In this document: piece by piece, positions 15,187 through 23,799 of the stretch
Layout of the letters: each line of letters opens with the position of its first letter
Numbering within the stretch: position 1 is the stretch's first letter
Source of the DNA: a virus
Lineage: Duplodnaviria; Caudoviricetes
IMG/VR virus record: IMGVR_UViG_3300033076_001006
Coordinates: 1 to 24,757 of that record
Reading direction: 5' to 3' (one strand)
Length of the DNA stretch: 24,757 nt
Notes under the pieces: generated by a model
The model's database searches: none
What the model was told of the DNA's origin: nothing
The model's input: the letters and a program-made list of their open reading frames with translations, nothing else
Program-made: the position numbers and the translations under genes

Positions 15187-15283
15187 GTGGAGGATGTGTT
15201 TTATGAACACAAAATAGGGGAAAGTCTCCAAATTACCTCTACACAAAGAAATTATTTTGTATTTTTACTGATCCTTATATCTT

Positions 15284-16579
15284 ATGAAAAATCTAAAATG
15301 GATGGGAAACTCATCCCAAGTCAGCAAAATGTCTGGCACTACTTCTTTTGACAACATTCCAGCAGGCGTCTGGAAGTTAGTAATCACGTTAACAGGAGCA
15401 TTTCTGCAAAAAGTTACTGACAAGTTTGAATTTGGCCACAAAGTCTACGGCCTTGAAAATGAATTCATTGACTATACCATCAAAAGCTTTGAGGCTTCTG
15501 AAAAGAATATGGGTATCTTGCTTAATGGTCTGAAAGGTTGTGGTAAAACTGTGACTGCCAAAGTATTAGCTAACCGTACAGGTTTGCCGGTGATCCTGGT
15601 AGATGAAGGCACCATTGGCAATCTTGGTTATTTTGAAGAGATCCAGCAACCACTCTGCTTCATGTTTGATGAGTTTGAAAAGATCATAAACCATAAAGAC
15701 CAGGGTGCTATTGCTCCATTGTTAAGCTTTGTAGATGGTACTGCTACCGCTACAAAACACATGATGCTCTTTACGTCTAACGACACGCAGATCAGCGAGT
15801 TCTTCATTGACCGTCCAGGACGTATCCGCTACATCAAAAACTATGGCTCTTTGTCACCGCAAGTGGTCAAGGAGATCCTAGACGACAGGCTTCAGCACAA
15901 AGAGTTTGAAGCTGATATCCTTGAGTGGGTTTCATTCTTTAAGTTCTTAACTATTGACATCTTGATGTCTATCATCAATGAAGTGAATATCCACCGCGTT
16001 GGACCTTCTGTGTTCAAAAACTTCTTCAATGCTGACAATGAGAAAGGCAAGTACAGTATCAAGTACCGCTTTACTAATACAAACACAGGTCAGTCACATG
16101 AATTTGATGGCTGGTATTTTGTTGAAGGACAAAGTCCTGCAGATCACTTCAAAAGAATGCTCAGAGGTGATGGTGAACTACACATGAGTGCAGTTCGCGT
16201 GCGCATTAATGAAAAGGGTGACATCATTGAGAAGATTGACAACTTCAGATCACATGTTTCCTTTGATGAGGATGACTTTGAGATAGACACTGAAGCTACT
16301 CCTGGAGAGTTCAAACTCATCTTCCATATTGAGAAGCGTTTGTACACGGAAGCAATTGACAAACTTATTAAGTCCCCGCTTTTAGAAGAAAGTTCAGATA
16401 TGATGAGCGAAACCCCTAAGAAATCTTTCAAGGATGTGGTTAAGAAAAACCAACAGACCTATGTAGGTTTCTACTCTGAAGGTGGTGAGTTCCTTATCGA
16501 ACCTGGTGTAGAGTACCGCGTAGAGGCAATCTACATCCCGCAGGTGTCTTATAGTAAGAACAATCCTTACGCGTTTTAA
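15284..16579 (+). CDS. AAA+ ATPase (classical clade) with C-terminal extension
   Basis: Walker A GLKGCGKT, Walker B FMFDEFEK, FTSN, SRH DRPGRIRY. Confidence 0.9.
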   Translation: MKNLKWMGNSSQVSKMSGTTSFDNIPAGVWKLVITLTGAFLQKVTDKFEFGHKVYGLENEFIDYTIKSFEASEKNMGILLNGLKGCGKTVTAKVLANRTGLPVILVDEGTIGNLGYFEEIQQPLCFMFDEFEKIINHKDQGAIAPLLSFVDGTATATKHMMLFTSNDTQISEFFIDRPGRIRYIKNYGSLSPQVVKEILDDRLQHKEFEADILEWVSFFKFLTIDILMSIINEVNIHRVGPSVFKNFFNADNEKGKYSIKYRFTNTNTGQSHEFDGWYFVEGQSPADHFKRMLRGDGELHMSAVRVRINEKGDIIEKIDNFRSHVSFDEDDFEIDTEATPGEFKLIFHIEKRLYTEAIDKLIKSPLLEESSDMMSETPKKSFKDVVKKNQQTYVGFYSEGGEFLIEPGVEYRVEAIYIPQVSYSKNNPYAF

Positions 16580-16581
16580 CA

Positions 16582-16839
16582 ATGGCAATAGTTATCTCAG
16601 AAGGAACTAAGGTAACATGGCAAGGTCATAAGGGTGTGGTCAAAGCACTGCACCCTCATGATCAGCGCTATGTTTACGTAGTCTTTAAATGCTCTGACAA
16701 CTGGGATAAGTATAGAGACTACACTTCCCAGCGAGTGCTTTTAAAGCAGCTCAAAACCGGGTGGCCTGATGACCCCGATACCAATGCATCAAAACTTAAG
16801 TATGACCCAGAGAAAGGAACATGGAAGAATCTAGATTAG
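16582..16839 (+). CDS. Small SH3/KOW-like hypothetical protein
   Basis: GTKVTW..KGVVKA..YVYVVF..LKTGW. Confidence 0.75.
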   Translation: MAIVISEGTKVTWQGHKGVVKALHPHDQRYVYVVFKCSDNWDKYRDYTSQRVLLKQLKTGWPDDPDTNASKLKYDPEKGTWKNLD

Positions 16840-17459
16840 TAGCTAATGGAGTTCACTGTAAAATGTGCGACACTATTTTATTTAGCTATACTACGCATGA
16901 CTTCAAAGTCTGTAGTTGTGACAACAAAACCATGGTAGATGGCGGGCTTTCTTATGCTAAATACGGTGGTCATGATATGAGTTTTGTAGATCCTATCATG
17001 GTGTTCTCAAATGACCCATTTGAAAAGATACGCAAATATCATGCACGTGGCGGTAGAGGTAAGACCGGCAAAGAACCGCTCAAGTGGATCCCGCTTTGTG
17101 AAATGACAGACGAACACCTTGCTGCTGTGATTGAGTATGGTGGTGCACCCTGGCACCTGGAACTGATCTCTAAAGAACTTCAGTACAGAAGGGAACATCC
17201 TGAAGCCTCTATTCCTGAAGCAGATACAATCACTGTCATTGATCGTGACACAAAGCTTAGAATAGGTTCTCTTGTCAGCGTTAACAAGACTGTATATCAC
17301 ATGAAAGAAAATGAGCCATATGAGGTGACTCTTATCCCTGACGATGCAACACTAGGTTTTTACATAAAGAACAAACGTGGTATGGAGTCACTTTGCTTAA
17401 AAGAACACTGTTCTTACTTAGAAGGTACTGGTGCTAAATACTTACTTGTAAAATACTAA
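16821..17459 (+). CDS. Putative Zn-binding phage protein
   Basis: CKMC..HDFKVCSC..VDGG.SY N-terminal motif. Confidence 0.85.
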   Translation: MEESRLVANGVHCKMCDTILFSYTTHDFKVCSCDNKTMVDGGLSYAKYGGHDMSFVDPIMVFSNDPFEKIRKYHARGGRGKTGKEPLKWIPLCEMTDEHLAAVIEYGGAPWHLELISKELQYRREHPEASIPEADTITVIDRDTKLRIGSLVSVNKTVYHMKENEPYEVTLIPDDATLGFYIKNKRGMESLCLKEHCSYLEGTGAKYLLVKY

Positions 17460-17462
17460 GCT

Positions 17463-18113
17463 ATGGAAGACAAAGAAATGACCCTGGGAATTATGAAATA
17501 CGCTATAGGTAATTCTTTATATAGTTCTTTTATTTCTGCTGATTCAGGAGCAATGACAACAGATTTTCCTCATGTCAAATTTACCCCTTTTGTTGAAAGG
17601 CTATCTGATGCAATGAGGTATGGGCCTGACAATGACGCAGAAATAGTGAACCTAGAGTTAGGTATTCAGTCTATTGATGCATCTATTGAAAAAACTGCAG
17701 AGAAGTATATTGAGCTGGTAGAACAACATAACCAACTGGTAGACAAGCTTGCTTCCGTTACAGGTAAAAGAGTAATAATCCAGGCAAAGTCACTTCACAA
17801 ATACGCAGAGGTAAAATCTATACAAAAAGAACTGCCTAATGGTGTTGGTGAAGAAGGTACGTTGCTAAAATCATTTGACAACAAGCTTGTAGAATCGTTT
17901 TTGAAAGCTTCAAGATATCCAGACTTCAAGATGAAATGTTATGTTCATCCGCAAGACTACCAGCAGTTGCAAAGAGAAGCTATTGATTTGTCTTACTCTT
18001 TCCCTGTCACTCTAACAAGTAGCAGCCCGTTCATCTATCGCGGTGTGGAAGTGTTACCCGCATATCACCAAAAAACTGGTGAGTTTGATTTTGTATTATC
18101 CCTTAATTTATAA
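17463..18113 (+). CDS. Hypothetical protein with central coiled coil
   Basis: ORF track. Confidence 0.8.
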   Translation: MEDKEMTLGIMKYAIGNSLYSSFISADSGAMTTDFPHVKFTPFVERLSDAMRYGPDNDAEIVNLELGIQSIDASIEKTAEKYIELVEQHNQLVDKLASVTGKRVIIQAKSLHKYAEVKSIQKELPNGVGEEGTLLKSFDNKLVESFLKASRYPDFKMKCYVHPQDYQQLQREAIDLSYSFPVTLTSSSPFIYRGVEVLPAYHQKTGEFDFVLSLNL

Positions 18114-18117
18114 TCCT

Positions 18118-18486
18118 ATGAAAGAATCAATGTATCAAGCACAGAGAAAACAAAGAATGTTGCAATTCCTTGAAGACATTCATTCGCAATGCCAAACTGG
18201 CTTGCCGTTTATCATGACAGAAATAGTCAGAAGACACAGATTTCAAGACTGTATTTCAGTTATCATGAAAGACAAGAAGTTGATCAGTCAACAAAAACGA
18301 AGTGTGTACAAATGGGTAAGCCCTATTGAACCTAACATTCACATGGCCAGTGCTGTTCTGAAAATTCATGATGAGCAAACCAGAAACCGTGTGAACAGGT
18401 CAAGAAACACAAAAGTTGCTGCAGCTAAAGTAGAAGAAGCTGCACCAAAAGGTTTCCGCAACTGGTTACGTAACTTATTCAGCTAA
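18118..18486 (+). CDS. Basic hypothetical protein (start moved to ATG 18118)
   Basis: AATCCT-ATG start 4 nt after the previous stop; C-terminal amphipathic FRNWLRNLFS. Confidence 0.8.
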   Translation: MKESMYQAQRKQRMLQFLEDIHSQCQTGLPFIMTEIVRRHRFQDCISVIMKDKKLISQQKRSVYKWVSPIEPNIHMASAVLKIHDEQTRNRVNRSRNTKVAAAKVEEAAPKGFRNWLRNLFS

Positions 18487-18490
18487 GCTT

Positions 18491-19789
18491 ATGAGTTGGT
18501 CAGAGATAGTCTCCTATGTGGGAGAACAGATGAAGACCAATCAGTTCTTCAGTGCAGCTGCTCTCGCTTCAGCCGCGACAGCTGTGCTGATGTCACTGAA
18601 AGGTGTGCCTTTGAAGATATGGGAACGCATTAAGATTCTAATAGAGTACAAGGCTATTGTCTATCAGACAGATGACCTGTATTACTATCTCAGTCTGTGG
18701 ATGCGTGACAACAATCCTGGCAAGCTACGTAACGTAGAATATGTCACTGAACTCAGTACCAAGTATGGCATTGTAGATGATGGCATTGCTATTGGACTCA
18801 TGCCTACTAATGACAATTACAGAGCTTTTATAAAAGATAATGGGTTAGCAAAAAAACAAAAGCAACGCAGGCTTTATGAATTACCCACCAATGATTTCTT
18901 TTATAAGCGTATTGGCTGGTCAATTGTCCGCATAGGTTTTGGTAAAGAGAAGATGGAAAATGCTTCAGAAATGCGCAACGCATACCTCAAGCACTTTGTA
19001 GTATCTGGTTTTTTTGCCAAGCGTGCCATCAAAAAACTCCTGGAAGAAGTGCAGACGTTATACACACCTATGGAAGAAAAGAAATGCTTTCTGTATGTCA
19101 ACGACTCGTATGAACAATGGAAAAGATCTGCAGAGATTGAAGGAAAGGACCTGAAATCTGTGATACTTGATCCTGTCATCAAGAGTACTGTTATTGAAGA
19201 TATCAGAACCTGGATGAATAGCAAAGAGTGGTACTTGAACAGAGGCATTGCTTACAAGCGCGGACACCTGTACTACGGCCCTCCAGGGACCGGCAAGACT
19301 ACACTAGCCAGGGCTATTGCACTGGAAACAGGTATGAACCTTTGCTGCTTTAATCTAAACAGTGTTTCAGACACAGAGCTTGTGGAGTTGATGTCTGATA
19401 TTCCAGCAGACTCTATCCTCTTGTTTGAAGACATTGACACCGTGTTTGACGGGCGCAAGAACCTGATCAAAAGCAGTAAGCTGACCTTCAGTGGATTCCT
19501 AAACGCCCTTGACGGGGTTGTAACCCTGAACGATGTGTTCATCATTATGACTACCAATCACATTGAGAAGTTAGATGAAGCGCTCATCCGCCCAGGAAGA
19601 ATAGACAAGAGAATAGAGATCCCTTATGCTGATGTTCCACAGGTCATTGAGTACTTAAGCATGTTTTATGAAAAGCCTTGTGAAAAGCTGGATATCAAAA
19701 AGAGAATACCTATATCACAGATTCAGAACATCTGCTTACAGTACCCGCATGACATGGACAGTGCAGTAAAACAAATCCAAAAGCTATGA
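18491..19789 (+). CDS. BCS1-like membrane-anchored AAA+ ATPase
   Basis: N-terminal TM NQFFSAAALASAATAVLMSLKGV; WYLNRGIAYKRGHLYYGPPGTGKT; LLFEDID; LTFSGFLNALDGV; MTTNHIEKLDEALIRPGRID. Confidence 0.9.
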   Translation: MSWSEIVSYVGEQMKTNQFFSAAALASAATAVLMSLKGVPLKIWERIKILIEYKAIVYQTDDLYYYLSLWMRDNNPGKLRNVEYVTELSTKYGIVDDGIAIGLMPTNDNYRAFIKDNGLAKKQKQRRLYELPTNDFFYKRIGWSIVRIGFGKEKMENASEMRNAYLKHFVVSGFFAKRAIKKLLEEVQTLYTPMEEKKCFLYVNDSYEQWKRSAEIEGKDLKSVILDPVIKSTVIEDIRTWMNSKEWYLNRGIAYKRGHLYYGPPGTGKTTLARAIALETGMNLCCFNLNSVSDTELVELMSDIPADSILLFEDIDTVFDGRKNLIKSSKLTFSGFLNALDGVVTLNDVFIIMTTNHIEKLDEALIRPGRIDKRIEIPYADVPQVIEYLSMFYEKPCEKLDIKKRIPISQIQNICLQYPHDMDSAVKQIQKL

Positions 19790-20181
19790 AAAAGAAAGCT
19801 TACACTACTGATCTATGGAAGGTAAATTGCGATAGAGCAAGAAGGTATGTTAGTATCAACAATGGAACTGGACAGTTTAACTATGGATCAATTACCTATA
19901 GACGTACAATAATTACTAAAGAAATAGCTCTTGCCAATGCAGAACGTGCTGTTGAATGCGTAAATGCATGCATGGATATTGAAGACGTGCAGGCTCACCT
20001 TGATACACACAAGTACACACAGCAAGATTTGTTTCATATGTACATGCAAGGCCATGCTTTAAGAACCTTGTCAGAACTTGGTATAGAGAAAAAACCCAAA
20101 ACAGTAGATGATATTGCTGAAGCATTTCAGAACGCATTGGCTGTTTTAAAAAAAGACAGAGATGAAAGTAAAACTGCTTAA
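19786..20181 (+). CDS. Hypothetical phage protein
   Basis: ATGA overlap; ANAERAVECVNAC motif typical of phage proteins. Confidence 0.8.
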   Translation: MKKKAYTTDLWKVNCDRARRYVSINNGTGQFNYGSITYRRTIITKEIALANAERAVECVNACMDIEDVQAHLDTHKYTQQDLFHMYMQGHALRTLSELGIEKKPKTVDDIAEAFQNALAVLKKDRDESKTA

Positions 20182-20401
20182 AAAAGTGCGTAAGGAGTTA
20201 CGCTACTGCTTTGACAAAGACGGCACGTGTCAATTTGTAAGAAGATCAGACCTTTCCAGAATGTATATGAGGATAAGTATTGCGTGTATGCTTCAAACAT
20301 TTTACCATACTCAACGAGGTATATTTTTTGATTGGAACTGGACAGCCATTGCTAACAAATACGATGAAAAGCTGCTAGATCGCCAATGGCGCAGAAAATA
20401 A
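20162..20401 (+). CDS. Small basic hypothetical protein
   Basis: ORF track; MKVKLLKKVRK. Confidence 0.7.
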   Translation: MKVKLLKKVRKELRYCFDKDGTCQFVRRSDLSRMYMRISIACMLQTFYHTQRGIFFDWNWTAIANKYDEKLLDRQWRRK

Positions 20402-20427
20402 AACATTACATAGGAGCCAAGTATTTT

Positions 20428-20457
20428 GCCTGGGGTGAGAAATTGTCCCAGGTTTTT
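20428..20457 (+). terminator. Intrinsic terminator
   Basis: GCCTGGGGTGA-GAAA-TTGTCCCAGGT followed by TTTT. Confidence 0.75.
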
Positions 20458-20458
20458 C

Positions 20459-20493
20459 TTGGTCTTTTTGTAGATGTTACCTAGATTTGTAGA
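20459..20493 (+). promoter_or_regulatory. Bacteroidota-type sigma-A promoter overlapped by two TTTGTAGA motifs
   Basis: TTG(20459-20461)-20 nt-TAGATTTG(20482-20489); TTTGTAGA at 20467 and 20486. Confidence 0.55.
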
Positions 20494-20510
20494 CCTTTTC
20501 CACCTACCCT

Positions 20511-20960
20511 ATGAAAACACCCTTGTACCTTGATGACCTTCGCATGCCTAAACAGAACCTAGAAGGTTATGGACCATGGGCTGTGGTGAGGAACTATGAC
20601 GAATTTGTAACCTGGATCTCCCAAAACGGTGTACCTGATTATATCTCATTTGACCATGACCTGTCAGATGAACACATGAAGGACTGGTATAAGAACCAGG
20701 CCAGAGGTATCCAAACCATTGAATACCAGACGTTCAAGGAAAGGACGGGCGTTGACTGTCTTATGTTCCTTGTAGAGAAAGCGCAAGCTGACGAATCACG
20801 CAGGATCTCTCCTGTTTTCCCCAAGCACATTAACGTGCACTCTGCTAATCCTATAGGTGCAAGAAACATTGCATCATTGGCAAGCAACTTTGCTAAGCAC
20901 ATGGCTTTTGATACCACTGTGACTTACGCCATCCACCCGTTTACCATAGAAAATAAATAG
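20511..20960 (+). CDS. Cyclic-phosphate-processing receiver-like domain protein
   Basis: LYLDDLRxP, VVRNYDEF, ISFDHDL, TGxDC and HSANPxG motifs. Confidence 0.8.
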   Translation: MKTPLYLDDLRMPKQNLEGYGPWAVVRNYDEFVTWISQNGVPDYISFDHDLSDEHMKDWYKNQARGIQTIEYQTFKERTGVDCLMFLVEKAQADESRRISPVFPKHINVHSANPIGARNIASLASNFAKHMAFDTTVTYAIHPFTIENK

Positions 20961-20963
20961 AGC

Positions 20964-21470
20964 ATGAGCAACGTAAGAGTGAGAATGAAAAAGCTGGATC
21001 CAAAAGCAGTGATCCCAAGCTATGCCAAACCAGGGGATGCTGGTATGGATTTGACAAGTACCTCCAGAACTGTAGAAAGTTCTCATGAGGGTGATTACAT
21101 TGAGTATGGAACAGGCCTGGCCGTAGAGATCCCTGAGGGATTTGTAGGTCTGGTGTTTCCGCGCAGCTCAGTGAGCAAAAAAGACCTATACCTTGCTAAC
21201 GCAGTAGGTGTCATTGACTCAGGGTATCGTGGGGAGATCAAGCTACGCTTTAAGCCTGAGCTGTTTCACGATGGACCAACCAAAGATGATGTGGATGCAG
21301 TTTACTATAATCTTACGGATGGAACAGAGACATACCTTAACGTCTATGCCGTTGGTGACAAAGTAGGACAGTTAATCATCATGCCTTACCCAACAGTGCT
21401 GGTAGAGGAAGTAGAAGAACTTTCTGAAACAGACCGTGGTGCTGGTGGCTTTGGCTCAACCGGAAAATAA
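20964..21470 (+). CDS. dut: Trimeric dUTPase
   Basis: Motifs AGMDL, PRSS, GVIDSGYRGEI, GQLII, RGAGGFGSTG. Confidence 0.97.
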   Translation: MSNVRVRMKKLDPKAVIPSYAKPGDAGMDLTSTSRTVESSHEGDYIEYGTGLAVEIPEGFVGLVFPRSSVSKKDLYLANAVGVIDSGYRGEIKLRFKPELFHDGPTKDDVDAVYYNLTDGTETYLNVYAVGDKVGQLIIMPYPTVLVEEVEELSETDRGAGGFGSTGK

Positions 21471-21471
21471 C

Positions 21472-21627
21472 ATGAAACCTTATCTACTACTAGACACTAG
21501 AAGCTTTGGAGTAGGACTCTCTATTATGAGACTTCCTCTCAACAACACTTTTACCTACTGCATCCAACTGGAATTTACCTGGATAAATGCAGGAGTGAAA
21601 TTTAAACGCAGAAATCATGGACATTAA
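21472..21627 (+). CDS. Small hypothetical protein (51 aa; start ATG 21472)
   Basis: Fills the gap after dut. Confidence 0.6.
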   Translation: MKPYLLLDTRSFGVGLSIMRLPLNNTFTYCIQLEFTWINAGVKFKRRNHGH

Positions 21628-21985
21628 CAAACAGTCCGGTCAGGTAGAGATTATAAACCCTTATGGTAGAGTCTACCTGTACACCCATGCAACAGCAGAT
21701 CACCTGGTAGCTGACGTCTATGCTGCTCTAGCAATGCGTCAGCGCTGGGATGATGCAGACTATCTGGCAAAGATGGTATTCTGCAGAATGACGCCACTAG
21801 AATGCTGGCAGTCTGATGGAGGATTTGGCATTGGCACCCAGCTCTACGCTGACACCAACCTGCTTATCACCCTTGATACAACAGATGAGACCATCACTAT
21901 ACAGTCAGCTTTAGCCAAGCAAGACAGGTATTGTGCAACCTTTGAAGAGTTTGTCAGCACCTACATTTCAACTGCTGAGATTTAA
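21617..21985 (+). CDS. Hypothetical phage protein
   Basis: VYLYTH..AL..RWDDADYLAKMVF..GFGI pattern. Confidence 0.85.
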   Translation: MDINKQSGQVEIINPYGRVYLYTHATADHLVADVYAALAMRQRWDDADYLAKMVFCRMTPLECWQSDGGFGIGTQLYADTNLLITLDTTDETITIQSALAKQDRYCATFEEFVSTYISTAEI

Positions 21986-21988
21986 ACT

Positions 21989-22020
21989 TTTGGAGTTTAA
22001 CTTTTACTATCCTATTTTTG
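21989..22020 (+). promoter_or_regulatory. Bacteroidota-type sigma-A promoter at the left edge of attP
   Basis: TTTG(21989-21992)-20 nt-TATTTTTG(22013-22020). Confidence 0.6.
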
Positions 22021-22227
22021 TGCAATAACGTGAGCATTTATCACAGCATTGCGCTCAAACACAGGACAGGCAAAGGTTCCAGGTCGCGGGTTCGAGTCCC
22101 GTCCGGTCCGCTTGAGCGTTGCAACAAATTGGTTGTCAACGCTTTTTTATGCCTAGAGGCACTAGAATGCCTTGCTTTTTGTGCAAAAGCGTGAGCAGTG
22201 GTCATACACTGCAAAATGTTGCTCACG
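22015..22227 (+). mobile_element. attP site: tRNA 3'-end core (22081-22111, tRNA-Asp-like) with flanking arm-type repeats
   Basis: AGGTCGCGGGTTCGAGTCCCGTCCGGTCCGC is a T arm plus acceptor 3' strand with no 5' half; 22-nt direct repeats 22015-22036 and 22176-22197 (20/22 identical); inverted TGCTCACG 22220-22227; directly upstream of the integrase. Confidence 0.88.
22115..22148 (+). terminator. Intrinsic terminator after the tRNA 3' core
   Basis: AGCGTTG-CAAC/GTTG-T-CAACGCT followed by TTTTT. Confidence 0.75.
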
Positions 22228-22255
22228 GTAAGTGGGAAACTAAACACGCAACTAT

Positions 22256-23419
22256 ATGACAATCAACTTCTTTCTCCGCAAGAGAGGTAAAGAAAAAAAG
22301 GTGTATGCAAGACTTACACATGACAATAAGTCAACAGAACTTTTGCTTGATTTTATCTACACTACAAAGGCAAAAGCAGAGCCCTATTTCATCAAGGTTC
22401 GCAAAGAACTAACAGAGATTTACAACCACCAGATCATGAGTGGTTCTGCCTGTGATATACAGGCTGTCAAGCAAATCTATCTGACCAGGTTTAAGAACCA
22501 TTTCTTGATGGAGATATTCAGGGATTACATAGATAAAAAGATCAAGCCCAAAGTAGATAACAAAGAGATGAGTCTGTCTGGCTACCGCAAGTATGAAATT
22601 TGCTACAACCACCTCAAGGACTTTTTACAGTGTCGTAACCTGGATGATGTTAACATTGCCAGCGTAGATGCAGCCTTTGTAGATGATTTTGATGCTTTTT
22701 TGAGACAGTTTAACCAACATAACTCTATCATCAAACAACTCACCTATCTAAGATGTATCATGCGCTACTGTAAAAATGTGAAAGGTTACATTGTACAGGA
22801 TCCTTTTGATTCTGTAGAGATGAAGCGCAGGAAAAAGTTCCCTGTCTATTTAGAGTGGCCGGATATCCAGGCGTTGATGGGAAAGAAATACCTGGTAGAA
22901 AGATTGGAACGTGTAAGGGATCTATTCCTGTTTCAGTGCTTCACCGGTTTGTCCTATTCTGACATGGCCAAGCTTAAACAACTGGACGTGCAAAGTGAGA
23001 CGTTTACCATTAACCGTAAAAAGACAGACGAGCCAGCTATCATCTATTTCTATGATGTTGCAAAAGACATCCTCCGCAAGTATAACAACCAATTACCCGT
23101 AATTTCAAATGTCAAGCTTAATGCTTACCTAAAAGAATTAGCTGTAATTTGTGGCGTTCAAAAAAGGTTAACTACTCACGTTGCAAGGCATACTTTTGCC
23201 ACAACAGTTAACCTTAACAATGGTGTTCCTATAAAAACTGTACAGTTACTTTTAGGACACAGCTCTGTAAAACAAACTGAACATTATGCTAGACTTAATG
23301 TAGACAGTGTACTGACTACATGTAGAACCAACAATAGCAAATTAAACGACATCTACAGGAATTCTGTAAATTTTACAGTATCTTCACAAGACATAGCCAC
23401 CTCAGTTAACCACCATTAA
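22256..23419 (+). CDS. int: Tyrosine integrase, Bacteroidota type
   Basis: FQCFTGLSYSD (Ser in place of the first Arg), RKKT, HVARHTF, LLGH, TEHYA; N-terminal arm-binding and SAM-like regions. Confidence 0.95.
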   Translation: MTINFFLRKRGKEKKVYARLTHDNKSTELLLDFIYTTKAKAEPYFIKVRKELTEIYNHQIMSGSACDIQAVKQIYLTRFKNHFLMEIFRDYIDKKIKPKVDNKEMSLSGYRKYEICYNHLKDFLQCRNLDDVNIASVDAAFVDDFDAFLRQFNQHNSIIKQLTYLRCIMRYCKNVKGYIVQDPFDSVEMKRRKKFPVYLEWPDIQALMGKKYLVERLERVRDLFLFQCFTGLSYSDMAKLKQLDVQSETFTINRKKTDEPAIIYFYDVAKDILRKYNNQLPVISNVKLNAYLKELAVICGVQKRLTTHVARHTFATTVNLNNGVPIKTVQLLLGHSSVKQTEHYARLNVDSVLTTCRTNNSKLNDIYRNSVNFTVSSQDIATSVNHH

Positions 23420-23428
23420 AACTAAAGT

Positions 23429-23782
23429 ATGGCAAGAAAAAAGCTGGAAGCAGCACAATTGAAAAAACTGGAAGCCCTTGTTATGGAGGGCAAAACACCG
23501 GAGGATATCTCCAAGTACTTTAACATTGCGGTAAGCTCTGTGCACAACTACAAACGCATTCTTAAAGAAAAGGGACTGAAGATCCCAGACATTCGCGGCA
23601 AACGTCCTGTAGGCATAGGTGCCAGCGCAGGAGTAATGACTATCACTTCTCCTAAATCAGGACCGTCCGTTCAAAGTTTGGGTGAGTTCATGAAACTTGC
23701 AGTAAATGATGTAATACTTTACATCTCCCCTAATGCTAAAGCAGTGACCATACATGATCACGAAGTAGTGGTCAAGTTTTGA
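23429..23782 (+). CDS. Helix-turn-helix DNA-binding protein (candidate repressor or directionality factor)
   Basis: GKTPEDISKYFNIAVSSVHNYKR; 9 nt downstream of int. Confidence 0.82.
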   Translation: MARKKLEAAQLKKLEALVMEGKTPEDISKYFNIAVSSVHNYKRILKEKGLKIPDIRGKRPVGIGASAGVMTITSPKSGPSVQSLGEFMKLAVNDVILYISPNAKAVTIHDHEVVVKF

Positions 23783-23799
23783 TCACTGAATATTCTGAG

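Noticed and set aside
22041-22115. Complete tRNA gene upstream of the integrase
   Set aside because: Only the T arm and 3' acceptor strand are present; upstream sequence has no GGACCGG 5' strand, D arm or anticodon arm, so it is an att core
22930-22965. Integrase inactive because the first catalytic Arg is Ser (TGLSYSD)
   Set aside because: This substitution is a known feature of active Bacteroidota integrases such as IntDOT; the other catalytic residues and attP look intact
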